Positions 12,721 through 26,179 of a stretch of 64,000 nt of DNA are shown one piece after another. Below the pieces are notes generated by a model. That model was not told where the DNA came from, did not search any database, and saw only the letters and a list, made by a program, of their open reading frames with translations. Source of the DNA: Camelus dromedarius. Taxonomy: Eukaryota. The translations under genes and the position numbers were made by a program. The first letter of the stretch is position 1; each line of letters begins with the position of its first letter. Location of the stretch: contig NC_087436.1 in assembly GCF_036321535.1 (NCBI RefSeq), forward strand, positions 83,392,001 through 83,456,000, given 5' to 3'.

Positions 12721-13817
12721 TTTTAGGTTATTTTCTTTCTGGCTCTTAAAAGCTCCTTTATCCTGAGTTTATCTGTATTGATTTTAGGTAGCGTATGATG
12801 AAGTACATAAAAAGACACCATATTCTTTTGACTTTAACAGGCAGGAACATACCTTTTTATGGAGAAAGAATACCAATTTTCACATGGCAATAGAGGAGGA
12901 GTGGTCTCTAAGGTGCCCTCTGGAAATGAGACTGTCACACCACCAGTATCGGACACCAATAGGGAGAAATTGTAAAGGCTGGGCGGAGTGGGGGCCCAGA
13001 GAGAGGAAAAGAAAATTTAGAAAGAGTATAAAAAAATGGCAGAGGAGACCCAGGCAAAGGTTCCTTTTTTGGTAACTGAGACAGAAATGTGTGCTGTTTT
13101 CTTTGCCAACCTGGCTGGGAATGATGTATTTCAAGTAATGATCTTGGCTGGTTAACTGGAAGCAGATTTAAATTCCACACTAAGAATTTTCCTCCTAGGC
13201 AACTCTTTATGGAACCACCAGACTCGGAGCTCACTCAGGAAGAAAGTGAGAATGAGGTCTGGTTACAGGAATGTGTTCTCGTGAGGGCCACAACATGACC
13301 TTCACTGGCGTAAACGTGTTTCAGTGTTCTTTAGTATGGCCGATTAAATAGAGTGCTTTACCATAGAGTCCCTTGCATTAACAAGTAAGCCATTAAGATT
13401 CCTAAGTGGATGGAGTGACTTTGTAGCTTTTTTGATGACGAAAGGGCTATTCTGCTAGTGCATGTGGATAAAGCCAGACTAGAGGACCATTGCAGTACCA
13501 TCTCCTCATACATCTGCTTCCAAGGAATACCAGGGTTCACACAAGTGGATCAGGGGGAAACCCATCTGAATTCTTTCATAAATGCAGTAAGATTTGTCAG
13601 TAGGAACAGAGAGCCATGAATGAATGTCTTATAAGTCAACTGCCATATTTTTTCAAGATATAGTTAACATCATTTTCTGTCAGGCTGGGTTTATATTTGT
13701 TCTAGAATCTTCTTTTACAGCTTTTCATTGTAAACAGTCTGGACGTGTGACGGAGATTCAGACACTGTTGCCATGTCTGATTTGCCTCTTTTCCTTTCTC
13801 TGTCGTTCTGTGATTAG

Positions 13818-13884
13818 GAGTCTTCAAGAACTTTTAGATTACCCTGGGGAAGATATTGAGGAGACTTTCTGCCTCAACTTTACG
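13818..13884 (+). CDS. HERC3: HERC3 exon (RSLQELLDYPGEDIEETFCLNFT)
   Basis: gtgattAG / ACG|GTaagg, 67 nt, phase 2 to 0. Confidence 0.95.
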
Positions 13885-14207
13885 GTAAGGATTTCCACAG
13901 TTTACTTATGCGTAGCTGTCTCTTTCATCATGTTTACAAGTCATAATTAACACTAATTTTTCTCCAAATCAAAGAATAAACTCATGATTGAGAGGGGAAA
14001 AATGTTTTAAGTTCGGGTGGCCCTTTGAGGCAGTGAGGAAGAAAATCTTCCTGGGTTCTGGGAGCATTTCAATCCTGATTACATCCCCTTGATACTCAGT
14101 AAATAATAAAAGCAAAAATAAAATAGTTCAAAATCCAAACAAAAACAAAAAACAAACAAAAGAATAAATTCAGACTTCCCTAAGCGAACTTACTTTGGTC
14201 ACAGTGT

Positions 14208-14826
14208 CTTTTCTTAAATTGAAGTATAATTGCTGTACAATATATGTTACAGGTGTACAAAATAATGATTCACAGTTATTAAAGGCTATACTCTATTTAT
14301 GGTTATTATAAAATATTTGCTATATTCTCTGTGTTGTACAATATATCTTTGTAGCTTATGTTATACATAATAATTTGTACCTCTTAATTCCTTACCCCTA
14401 TTTGCCCTCTCTTCCCTCTCCCCACTGCTAACCACTAGTTTGTTCTCTAGATCTCTGAGTCTGCTCCTTTTTTTAATATTCACTAGTCTGTTGTGTTTTT
14501 TAGATTCCACAGGTAAGTGATATCATTACAATATTTGGCTTTCTCTGACTTATTTCACATAGCATAATGCCCTCCAAGTCTATCCATGTTGCTGCAAATG
14601 GCAAAGTTTCATTCTTTTTTATGGCTGAGTAGTATTCCACTGTATATATACACACCAAATCTTCTTTATCTATTCATCTCTTGATGAGCACTTAGGTTGC
14701 TTCTGTATCTTGGTGATTGTAAACAACGCTGCTATGAACACTGGGGTACGTGTATCATTTTGAATTAGTGTTTTTGTTTTTTTCAGATGTATATCCAGGA
14801 GTGGAATTGGTGGGTCATAGGGTAGT
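14208..14826 (-). mobile_element. LINE-1 3' fragment (artiodactyl-type)
   Basis: ttgaagtataattg...tagattccaca...ggagtggaattg. Confidence 0.85.
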
Positions 14827-15196
14827 CATAGTGTCTTGAATATTACGGGAGTTCAGTAAATGTGTTGAATAAGTGAATGAATGATTAATCTATGCACTTA
14901 AGAAAATTACTAAAGCATGAATCCTCTTTACTCCTATACATAAAATTTCTTTTCTAGAGCTCATGTCATTTTCTCTTTGATTGCACTTATTGGCAACTCC
15001 ATGTCTTAAAACAGAAGATGTCTTTCAGGGTGCCAGTGTTTTCTCATTCAGTTTCTCTTTCTCCTCCCGAGAATGTTCTGTGGTAATCAGTTGTCATTAA
15101 GCTACATTTGTTCTCAAGGCTTCTGTCAGTCATGTGGGGTCTAGAAAGATAAGTTGTAAACAAACTGAAAGTTTTTTTCTTCCTTCTCAAATATAG

Positions 15197-15279
15197 ATTT
15201 GTCGAGAAAGCTATGGAGTGATTGAACAGAAGCAGCTGATACCTGGGGGAGACAAGGTGACCGTGTGCAAGGATAACAG
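15197..15279 (+). CDS. HERC3: HERC3 exon (ICRESYGVIEQKQLIPGGDKVTVCKDN)
   Basis: caaatatAG / AG|GTtagt, 83 nt, ends in phase 2. Confidence 0.95.
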
Positions 15280-15944
15280 GTTAGTCCTCACCCTGGACTG
15301 CAGACCTCTCTACTTCATTTCTCTGCACTTTTACTTTTAAGACCAAGACTGAAGTTGAATTTTAATCCCTTCTTCAGCGGAAATAAGGGTGGTAGAGCCA
15401 GAACTTGCAGGCCTAATAGGAGAGGAAGCACCAGACCTGGATTGAGGAGAGAACTGTTTTAGTTTTAGATCTCCATCTTCCTGGCTTTGACCCTGAGCAA
15501 ACCAGGTAGACTGTCTGCTCTCAGTTTCTCATCTGTAAAATGGGGGTTATGGCAACTGTCCTGCCTACCTCATGGGATGGTTGTGACACTAAAGTGAGAT
15601 AATTGATAGGAAAACATTCTGGAATGAATGAACGCCCAGCGTCTAGCACAAGATTTCCCGCATCCAGCAGAGTGCCTGGCACAAAGATACTCAAAAAAAA
15701 TATGTGTTGAGTAAGTGAATGTTATAAAGATGCTTTCTATTATTGTGGTTTTATTGCTGAAGAGTTTGTAATATAAGTTTTTAATTAAATTCTTTCTGCC
15801 TCATGAAAATTAATTCAAGTATATCTGATTTTTTTCAGGATAATTTTCTCTGTGTTCTCTCTTTGGAGGAGCAAGAAAATTCTGTTTTGTTTACTTTGTA
15901 TTATAAGTGTGCTTGTTGGCCATCTGCATATTAATTAATTTAGT

Positions 15945-16640
15945 TTACAAACCCTGAGTGTCTACTATATGTCAGGCATGTTGCTGGGTGTAGGAAATGA
16001 GTAACTTTTATCCTCAAGACTACCTGGGGAGAGTCATTGTAATAAATGATTGCAGTGGATTATGGCATGTGTGATAGGAAAGTGACAGGCCAGGTGCCAC
16101 CCAATCAGGATGTGAGGCCACAACACTTTTACCAGACATTGAAGAGTGCGAGTGGGAGAAACATGTAGACAGAGGGAATAATGTGAGTCGGATTCTCAAA
16201 CTTAACACATGGTAGAGACTGATGAGTACTTGTGCGGTGGAGCTTGTCAAGGCCTTAAATGGGTTTGGATGGGACGTGGTTGATCTCTGTTTTAGAAAGT
16301 TAACTGGTGGCCATGTAGAAGTCGGCCACATGCGAGGAGACCCATTAGGAGGCTGTTGAGGTAGCTCAGGTAGCAGGTGGTGAGGGCTGAGACGAAGGTA
16401 GCAGGGATGCGAAGTTGGCTGCGTGTTGGTTATGCAGTCAGCAGGAGCTGGTGTCTGATTATATGTGGATGGTCCTAGAGAGACATGTATTAATAACAGC
16501 CCTGAGGTTTCTAACTTGGACAGCTGATCAACAGCAAACAGGATCTGTAGAGCAGCGTAGAAGGGGAAAAGAGTTTCATTTCATGGATATTGATTTTGAC
16601 ATGTCTGTGTGATACCCAGGTGATTATGTTTAGAGCTGGA
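15945..16640 (-). mobile_element. LINE-2 fragment
   Basis: ctgagtgtctactatatgtcaggc 3' end and purine-rich degenerate body. Confidence 0.55.
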
Positions 16641-19600
16641 AATTTTTATATATCTCAAAGGAAAGGTGTCTTTTTTAAAAAATAAATTCATATTTTTAAT
16701 AGGATTTTTTTGCATTTAAATTTTTTGTACAGGTTTAAAAAGTTACTTTGCATTTGCAGTTATTACAAAATATTGGCTATATTCCCCGTGTTGTACAATA
16801 TATCCTTGAGCCTGTTACGCTCAGTAGGTTGTATATCTCTGTATTGCCCCTCCTCCCCCCAACTGGTAACCACTAGTTTGTTCTGTCTGTGAGTCTGCTT
16901 CTTTTCTGTTGTATTCACTAGTTTGTTGTATTAGGAGAGACGCCTTATATCAGTAGTTTGTTTAGTTACTTATGCCAACTTTAATCACCAGTGAACTTGA
17001 GGTCGCCTACAATGAGTACCAGGAAGAAAAAAGTTGTGAAATAAATAAAAAACAAAGACAGCAAAAATGTACATTCTTGGAGGAGCTTTAGATTATTAGA
17101 ATAGAAGGTAGACTCTTGAGCTGAGGATTTAGGGACCACTAGCACACTGGCCAGAGACAAAGCTTCTTGGCTTAAAGAAATGGTAAGGGTAGGGAAAGGT
17201 GAATGGCAGTCTCTGCCTGGGAGGGTCATGAGGAGGGAAGCCTTCACAGAGGAAAGCAGGGGTTCAGTTAGAACTGTGGGAAAGTTACAGATGTAGGGAG
17301 GTTGAATGCTGTTTTAAGAATATGGGGAAATTGAAGCCAATTCACTCTGCCTTTAGTTGACTTCTTTCTGTAAATCGTTGCAAAGATGTGAACAGAGATC
17401 CTATGAAATTCACTGTATCCAAGTGATCCACCTTGGCTTCCTCCCATAAATCTTCCCTTTTAAAACTAGGAATGATAGAAAAACTAACAAGTCTCTTCTT
17501 TTATTCGTCTACATTTTTAAAGATCTCTAGAGACCAATATTGTCTAATTTAACATTGGGTAATCTTTTCTTTTTGATGTAAACCTTTCAGACTATCCAGG
17601 AAGCCTCAGCTTTGGGGAAGGTGTGAGCTATAATATCAGAGTTTAGTGAAATGATGCAGAAGTTGCCACATACCCAACAAAAATGGCTTCAGATGATGAA
17701 ATTATCTTGACTCTGGAAACCTAATATAGTGGCTAGTCTGGTCTCAAGTAGGTGTTTCAATCAAAACTCTTACTTGATAAGAATCTCTTGGAGCTGAAAG
17801 CAATGTCCTTTATATAATGTTGGTACTTTCACTAACAGCAAGTGATTTCTTTAATAAGAACAGTCATATTATTCCATGGAGTCTGATAATGTTTTTAGAT
17901 TGGGAAAATGATAGCAGCTCATAAAGTGGATTTGTTGGCCCAGGTGACTTCTCTTCCCTCCTGATTTTGATGACCGCTTTATAACATATGTATGTGTGTC
18001 TGTGCATCTAGTGCGTCTATCGCCTTCAGTCTTTCAAAGGGCGTCTGAGCTTTTGCATCAGGTTTCAGACAAGGTAATGTGTGCATTGTGTTAGGAGCTA
18101 ACTGTGGGCTAGGTACACAGCCTGAGGAAGGACACACAAAGAATCTCTTCAAATTCTGGTGAGTCATCCTAATGCGCTATATGTTGAATCCACTGGGTGG
18201 GGAAAGAGTGATCTCGCGCAGACATAGGCAGTTTGTGACGTAGTCTGCAGATGAGGCAGATGTGGGGACTTAAGCCTCCTTTTCATATCTTTATAAAAGT
18301 ATTTCTCTTCAAGTACTTTTTGTCTCTGCCCTGTTGCTCTCTGTCTCTTTCTGGGTCTGAGTTTTTCTCTTTCTGTCTCTCCGCTTCTCTCTCCCTGTCA
18401 CTCTCACTGTCTCTCCTTATTCAGTAGACATTTCTTTGAATCATCAGTTGAATCGACTTAATAGTTGAGAGGCAGTCTGTGCAGGAATACTGAAATACAA
18501 CACAGTTTGTTTAGGGTGATACACAGTTCTCATATGCAACCCTAAATGAAATATGAAGACAAAATTGAGTAATTGAATTTGAAGGAGTTCAGAGAAATCC
18601 ATAGGATGGATGCATCTGGGAGGACAGATACAAGATAGGGCTGAGCTGGGAAGCCCACTAAGATTTGGGTACTAGAAAGCAGAGGCAAGGACATAATCAG
18701 AAGTGCAAGTTGCGCTGTCAAGTGACGGCTAAACCCTGGTGGCTATTTCAGGCCAAAAATAGCGCGTGAGTAGGTCTGAGTGCTGGATGGGGCCATTGCT
18801 GCGGGAAGCTTCATTTGGATGATCCCGCACCAGCTAGCTGGGGGATTAGATTGTAGAAATCTTTGAAAATTTGAGATATTTAGAGTTCATTCAACAGGTG
18901 ATACAAAGCCATTTTTGGTTTGTGAGCAAACGAGTTGTATGATAGAGGTGGGTCCGTGGCACACTTTCTTTCTTCATCTGCCTTTTTTCTTTCTCCACCA
19001 TTTAAATAAGTTGCTGACTGTTGGGCTGCACCCCACAGGCCTACAAGTCCTGTACTTGCCCAGCCTCAAGACCAAAGGAAGAGCCTATAGTCAGCAACAG
19101 AGACATCAGTGGTTTAACGCATAGGGGGATCTCACATGTCTGGAGCGACCCTCCACCGTGTGCGGCAGACAGCGGGCAGGACATGGGGGCAGTCTTTGCT
19201 ACAGAGGGGGTTGACTTCAGGTTGACTCATCAGTTACCAGGGAAACCAGCAGAGGGGCATGCCCTTCATCACCCCTATGAAAAGCTAACACAGAGATCTA
19301 AAGTTAGAGCAATCATTAGCCAGGACCTGGGGCAAGTATGTAGGAAGGTCAGTCATGTGAGTAGGGTGTAGGTGAAGCAGGCACAGGTCAGGCAGGGCAT
19401 GTCCAGAGAGCAAAGAACAGCCACCTTGAGTGGCCTGGCCACACACTGACACATGCACACTCCTGGACATTGCTGATCCCATGGGTGGTCCTCAGAGTCA
19501 GTGTGGTCAGAGAGCATGCCTTTGTTGGAACACATGAGGGTTCCTTTTCTCTTTCTTTGCAGTTATTTGCTCCTAATTGACTTAAGGGCTGCTTCTAGAA

Positions 19601-22600
19601 AACATTTTTCATAAGGATGTTCTGATGACATAGAGGTTCCTTAGAAGAAAGACAGTATATAAATTAAGGGAGTGATTAAGGAACTTACATTGTTCTTTTA
19701 CTTGTACTATAGAACTCCATCATTCTGTTACCGTGACTTTCTAAAAAATAGCTTCAAAAGTTTACAAATTTTTGTGCATAAGAAGTGCTGTGGTTTTAAG
19801 TATTGCCAGGCAGAAGGGAGGATTCCTGTTTTTATGGCAGTACACTGTGTTTGCCATTAAAATATGGAAAAGCTTCTATGTTAGGGAGAAGTGTGGGGTT
19901 TGGCTTCTCTGGGTCACGGGCACTCACTGAGTACACAGTGCTCTCAGCCACACTGTTTTGTCTGTGAGTCTGTACTTGGCGACGGGGGCAGACCCCCTGC
20001 TGTCACAGTTACCTGGTGGGCAGGCTTCTGAAAACCTCATGTGGTTACTGCCACATTACTTAGTATTGCTGTCATAGTTAGGGACAGCCGGAAAAAGACA
20101 GGTGAAATTTTTTTCCTTTTTCTTTTATATTGCAAAAAGCAGGAACCTTATCAGCAAAGCTTGTTGAGCTCCTGGTAAGAAAGGTTATATATGACGGTAA
20201 AAGATTAATCATTGCAGCTGTTATTCCCCTTTGACTGTTACACGCCGTCATCTCATCACTGGGGCTCCTTTCTGGGTATTTCTTAGATCAGTCTAAGAAA
20301 AGTAAATGAAAGAACTAAAAGAATAATACCTGCTGGATTTTTAACTTGGGCTTTTGTGAATACAGATACTGCTAGCATTGAAGGTGCTTTGTTGAGTTAA
20401 CAGTAAGATATTTGCTGTCACTGCTGCCCTGGAGGAAAATGTCAGAAGGGTACCAATTCTGTATCCATAATTTATTACACTCCATTTGGTCTTAAAATTG
20501 CTTTCTCTCCTTGGACAAGAGCTGCAGACAGACAAATGATTTATAAGCATCCAGGTAAAAGAACATCCGTGGGTGACTGCTGTTGGCCATATCTTAGCTA
20601 AATCTTGCCACAGCTGGTAGTCACATCTGGATAATATCGTATTACGTGAGTATTCATGGTTAAGTATTTCTCACACTCTGTAGCGTGGTGTTATTACATT
20701 AATGAAAAACCCACATATCATTCTAGATTACCCCCAATTTACCTCAGTTTAATCAAATCGAATGCAATCTATATTCTTTCACCATTTCTTCCATATTAAA
20801 AAAAGGGTGAGGAGAGGGAATACACAGTGAGAAATACCACGCTTAAGGTAAGTGCTCCAAAGGGCACTTATATTCTATAGAGAGAACCTGAAAATAAAAC
20901 CCATACATGACAAATACTTCTAGCTCCTTAAGATCTATTGAAGTTAGGGCTGCTGACTCCAGGTGATCTCTTGACATTGTCTGTGAGAGGTATAATCTTT
21001 AAGATCTGCCTTGGACTTGCACTGGGCTGTTCCAGGAACAGCAGATAGTTAAGTATTCAGTAACAATTCTTGAGTGCTTACCATGTCAGACATTATTCTA
21101 AGTCCTTCACATTTAATCCTCCCCACTTTACAGCTAAAAGAAATGAGGCAGAGAGAGGCATAGGTCACTTGGTCAAGATTACACAGCCAGAAGTCCAGGT
21201 TTCAAAACCAGACCCAGGATTCAAAGCCATTCTGTTTGAGTGAGAGCCTGTGCTCCATGAATGGTCAGCACCCTGCCTCTTAGAGGACAAGACCAGGGCT
21301 CCAGAGTCCTGTGTCCCCCTGCCCCCTGGAGATGAATGACTTTGAAGAATTTGCTGTTTTCCTTTCAGACTATGCAATTAAAAAAAAAACAGATTTAGCA
21401 TAGTTAAAAATGTACTATATAATATAAACTTCTATGTCCGAATTTTTAAACTTGAAATAGTGCTTGTATCTATCTATAATGTTACTACAAAGCCCTCATG
21501 GACACCTTAGTAATGGCTGCACAGTGTATTTTCTGTTGTTTTGCTTTGGGGTATTTGACTTGTTTCTGTGTTTTATTTCCCCTTTTCCGTTTCTCTTCCC
21601 TCTCCATTTTTAAAGACTGTATCAAACGTCTTATGTATAAAGCTTTGTTTATCTTTAAAATTGCTTTTTATTGAAAAGGTTCCAAGGCTGAAATTGAATT
21701 AGTATATATCATTTTGAATCTTTTGATATTCTTGTTAAATTTATTTTAAAAATGAATTATACCAGCTTATACATTATCATCAGTATATGAGAGTACCCAT
21801 TTCACCTAATCCTTACAAATACTGAGTATTCTTCTTTAAAAAAACTGATCTCATGAGAAATTTGATCTCACCTGTAAAATTTTGTATTTCCTCCGTACAT
21901 AGGCTACTTTGCATATTCTACACAGCATTGATCCATTTTACTGATGTTTACCTCTAAAATATTTTTGTTAAAAAGAATTGAATTAGATACAAATGATCCT
22001 TGCACACTACTGTTAGTGTATTAAATGCCATGGAATTGTTCATTTAAAATGGCTAATTATGTTTTGTGAAATTCACCTCAATAAAAAAATGTGTTCGTGT
22101 ATGTGTGCGCACTGGCAATGTGTCTGTGTGCTTGGATGTGAACTCTCAGGCAGAGGAGCCGCTGTGTGTGCCTTGCTCGGGCAGTGAGCTTTGGCAGGCT
22201 GTAGCCTTCTGCGTGATGCTCTTAGAGAACTGACTTGAATGCGTAATGCATGTTGCCTTTCTTTCTGCCGGTTATGTTGTGTCTTGCTTACTAATTTGGG
22301 CCTATAATGGACTAAGAATGGCTTACGAACTAGAATGTTTGACCTGCCTTGAAGGGAGGGTATCCTGCTAGATGTTAACAGGCAAGTTTTATGGCTGCCT
22401 GAGGAACTATCAAATAAGCAGTGCAGGAAGCAGAGGGGAAAGATCAACCCAGTGAGGAAATGGTGGAAATTGTTGACATTATGAAGTGCATCATTTATGT
22501 GCCTGTATCCTGAGAAAAGTGGCCAACAGTGGTGTGACTGGTAGCTAGAAAACCCCACAGCTAAAGTCTCACTGGAAGTGAAGGAAAGATTGTTGGCCAG

Positions 22601-24694
22601 AGCACCCAGCTGGGACATGTGTGTTCCAGACCTTGCTGAAGGCCTGGTCCACTTCGTGCTGCCCTCTCAGGGTGGGTCTTTGTCCAAAACAGGCCTGCAG
22701 TATTTCCCCTTTTTAAAGTAGTCTGCTGATATCCTTTACATATTTTCTTATTAAGACTAAGTGATTTTTAGTCTTGAACTAAATAAAAGCTTGAACCTCT
22801 ATCAAACTTAAGAGTCTACTGATTCTTAAGCTTGAAGGTATCATCAACCTAGTTTGACAGCAGCTTGCTACTTGTTTTTTGTAGATACTATGTCTTTTGA
22901 CTGAACCATACTTTAAAAATTTTTTTTAAATAGAACTGGTATATCTAAGTCACTGATACTAAGACATATGGAAGTCAGTGTAAATACTTTTTATTATATT
23001 TAGCGTTTTTTTCCCTCAGAGATCCAAAGGTACTTTTACATATATAACTAAAATATGTTTGTATATACATGTAGGTATTATAGACAGTAAAAAGAATAAC
23101 CAAAATAATGAAGACAGTACTGTATTAAATATAATTTAGAGGTAGAAATATCAGTGTTGGTTTCCAAGCACAGACTGTACCACAAAGTAAGAATCAGCAA
23201 ATTTTGAAAAATTTTTAAAATTATTTTTTTAAATATACCATAAGCATTTGTATTTTAAGTTTATAAGCATAATAAATTCTAGGAACCCATAAAAAAAGAC
23301 TAAATGATTTTCATATGATTTGTATGAACTCTTTATTATATTAAAACTACCAACCCTTTGCCACCTGTATTTACTGCAGATTTTATTCCCAGTTTGCTGT
23401 TTACTTTTAAGAATGTGGAGTGTGTTTAAATCTTTATAATTTCATTTTTGTGTTCTCATGTCTGTTGATTATTTCTTTTGGTCTTAAATCATTCTAAACT
23501 TAAGCCTTTCCTGTCCAGTAATTGATAAATACTCAATAATGTATTTTCTTCAGTCAAAAAAATTTTTTGAGTCTGTAGTCTAAGGTAAAAATCTTGTTTC
23601 CATATTCTTAGAGGTGAAGATTAAGGTAATTATATGGTTCCAGGTCCAGTTTGGGTTTTGATTTGAAGTTAGATAAATTAAAAGTTAATTTGGGAAGAAT
23701 TGACACTTTTGTGATACTCAGTATTACCATCCAAAGGCCTCTAGTACATTTCTTTGTGATAATGTTTTTTCTTTTCATAGGTTATACACAATTTTTAGTA
23801 GAGGTTTTTATAAATATTTTGATTTATTTCTGCTGTAAAGAAATTTTGTATACATCTTTATCATTATTAGTGCCTAGAAATAGTTACTGGTTTTTAATAT
23901 ATTTATCTGGTAACTGGTCAATTCCTCAAACTTATTGAATGTGATAGCTTTCAGTTCATTCTCTTGGGTTTTCCATATATAATCACATGCCAGCAAAAAG
24001 ATGTTTCCCTACTAATTATACACCTTTTTTGTTTCATTCATTTTTGCCTTTTTGCTGGACCTAGAAAAGTATTAAATGAGTCTCTTATTCCTAGGGGTAA
24101 GAAATTAATACTCAATTTTATTACTTTTTTTTTTTTTTTGCTCCTATTTAGGATAAACATATAATTAAGGTAATCACTGTCGTCTTATGTAGTACATTAT
24201 TTTGACTTTCTCTTTTTGTTGGCCTGGCCTTAAGGAAGATTAATACTACCTTAAGGTTTTACTCAACTATTGCCATTAGCAACAGGTCAGAGCTTCCTTC
24301 CATTCCCTAAGGTAAAACAGTCTCATTTTGCTTCTAAGTAATTTTAACCCTCAAGGGAAATGGAGGAAAACACATCTGTGTTTAAAAAAATTTTGGAGTC
24401 TTTAATTTTATACTTCATTTAGAATGCCCAAATGTAAAGTTGAACTAACCTTTTTTATATATTCAGAATGTCACACTAAAGTCTTATCCTTTCTGGGAGG
24501 AAATGAACCCCTGATTTTTATACTGAGGAAACCAAAACAAGACAGTTTATTGAATTTCGTGTGTTTATGAATTAAAGGCCATATTCTTTTCTAACAATAA
24601 AAATTATAAACTTAAGAATATAATGATGTGCATTTTCTCCCCTTTTGTAACTTAGGAGGATTGAACTTCAAATTGTCTTTATCTTTCATGTAAT

Positions 24695-24910
24695 AATAAT
24701 AATAGCTAAAATTTCTTGAGCACTTAGTGTCAAGACACTGTTCTGTGGGCTTTGTGTAAATGAAATTTGTTCTCCCTAATAATTTGTGAGGAAGGGGCTG
24801 TTACTATCTCCTTTTATAGGTAAAGAGAAACTGAGCAGATTAACTAAATTGCCCCAGGTTCACTGTTAAAAGGAGGCAGAGCTGGGATTTGATTCCAGGT
24901 AGGCAGAGTA
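24695..24910 (-). mobile_element. MIR SINE
   Basis: aataataatagctaa...gaaactgag...gcagagctgggatttga; other MIRs at about 15480-15620, 21060-21240, 40410-40590 and 47600-47800. Confidence 0.7.
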
Positions 24911-24940
24911 CTGAGTCCTTTTGTTTTTTGAAAATACTAT

Positions 24941-24946
24941 TTTATT
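24941..24946 (-). terminator. NAP1L5: NAP1L5 polyadenylation signal
   Basis: TTTATT on + (AATAAA on -) about 1.3 kb past the stop, at the end of a repeat-free 3' UTR-like stretch. Confidence 0.7.
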
Positions 24947-26179
24947 AACACCACAGTGGTAAACAACTTTATGCTTATATTTCTTTATAGATCACTGAGT
25001 CACACAATTCAAAACCCACAAAGAAGCAAAGAGTCTTTACGTTAAATGTGTCCTCCTAAAAATTCTTTTTCTGTAGGCCATTCTGTTCTCAAGCAGTAAA
25101 ATCTGATTATGCACCATTTTATATTTAATATGTCACATTTACATAGCAAAATAATGAAGGCACAGCTAACACAAGCAAACTTAAATCCTTTCTACTTCTG
25201 AACTGGGGGTGGGGACACACAGTTGGATTGGTTCTTCAAGTATATATTTTTTCCAAACATTAGCTTCAGTGAAGAGTTCTGATGATTTTCACAGCTACAT
25301 TCTAAAAGCTACAAGACAGAAAGACGTCACAAGGATCAAAGTACATAACATTGGATACACATGCTTTACAGAATTTACTAGATTCTACATCTTTTCATGT
25401 AAATTAATATTTCTAAAATACTAGGTAAAGGGATTTAAACTTAAACATTTGGGGTTTTTTTATACCTTTGTAGACACTACCAAGAAAACACAGAAACACG
25501 AGACTGTAAATAATGAACACATATGGTGACAATATTGTACAGGTTATACACCCTCCTTCTCAGAACCATGCTGTTTCTCTAAATTCAAATAGTCAGAACA
25601 GTCTTTATAATTTGAAGTGGCAGTTTTCTGGACCTCATTAACAGTACTGTCATGATCTCCAGCACCGGCTCCCTCCATTCCATCACTCTTCTCTGAAGTG
25701 TAAAGCTGATGTCTGGGTTACAAAAGCAAAGTCTTAAAGATGAGATTTGAGATTTGTCATGGGTTCACCTTCTTCTGCGCTGAAAACTGCATGATTAAAG
25801 AAATTGAAGAATCAAGCATTGAGAAAATGTTCGGTCCTGGCTTAGGTGTTCCGTGCGTAGTGTAATGATAATGTGATGAAAGGGTTTCAAAGTGACGTTC
25901 TTTACTTCACATCTACTTGACACCCTTAGTAAGTCTCATCTCCAGTCCTCGCAGAAGAGATCATGAAAAAATCATTTTAAATTTAACTCGTTTTCAACAC
26001 CTTTTTGATACATTTACTGTGTTCAAATTGCAAATCAAATTTGAAACGGGCTCGCCAAAATCAGATTGCTTCGATTTTATTATTATTTTAGGAATGTCAG
26101 AATTGATTCACGTTGTTATTTTGGTCCAAAACCTGAGCCTTTTCAAGTCCACCAGTATTAAAAAAGAAAAAGAAAGAGG

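Noticed and set aside
22080..22085. AATAAA as an intronic HERC3 poly(A) site
   Set aside because: It is the tail of a small L1 remnant followed by an A-run; no independent support, and prone to internal priming
22073..22618. 181-aa ORF on the - strand
   Set aside because: No recognisable domain or splice structure; likely a chance ORF
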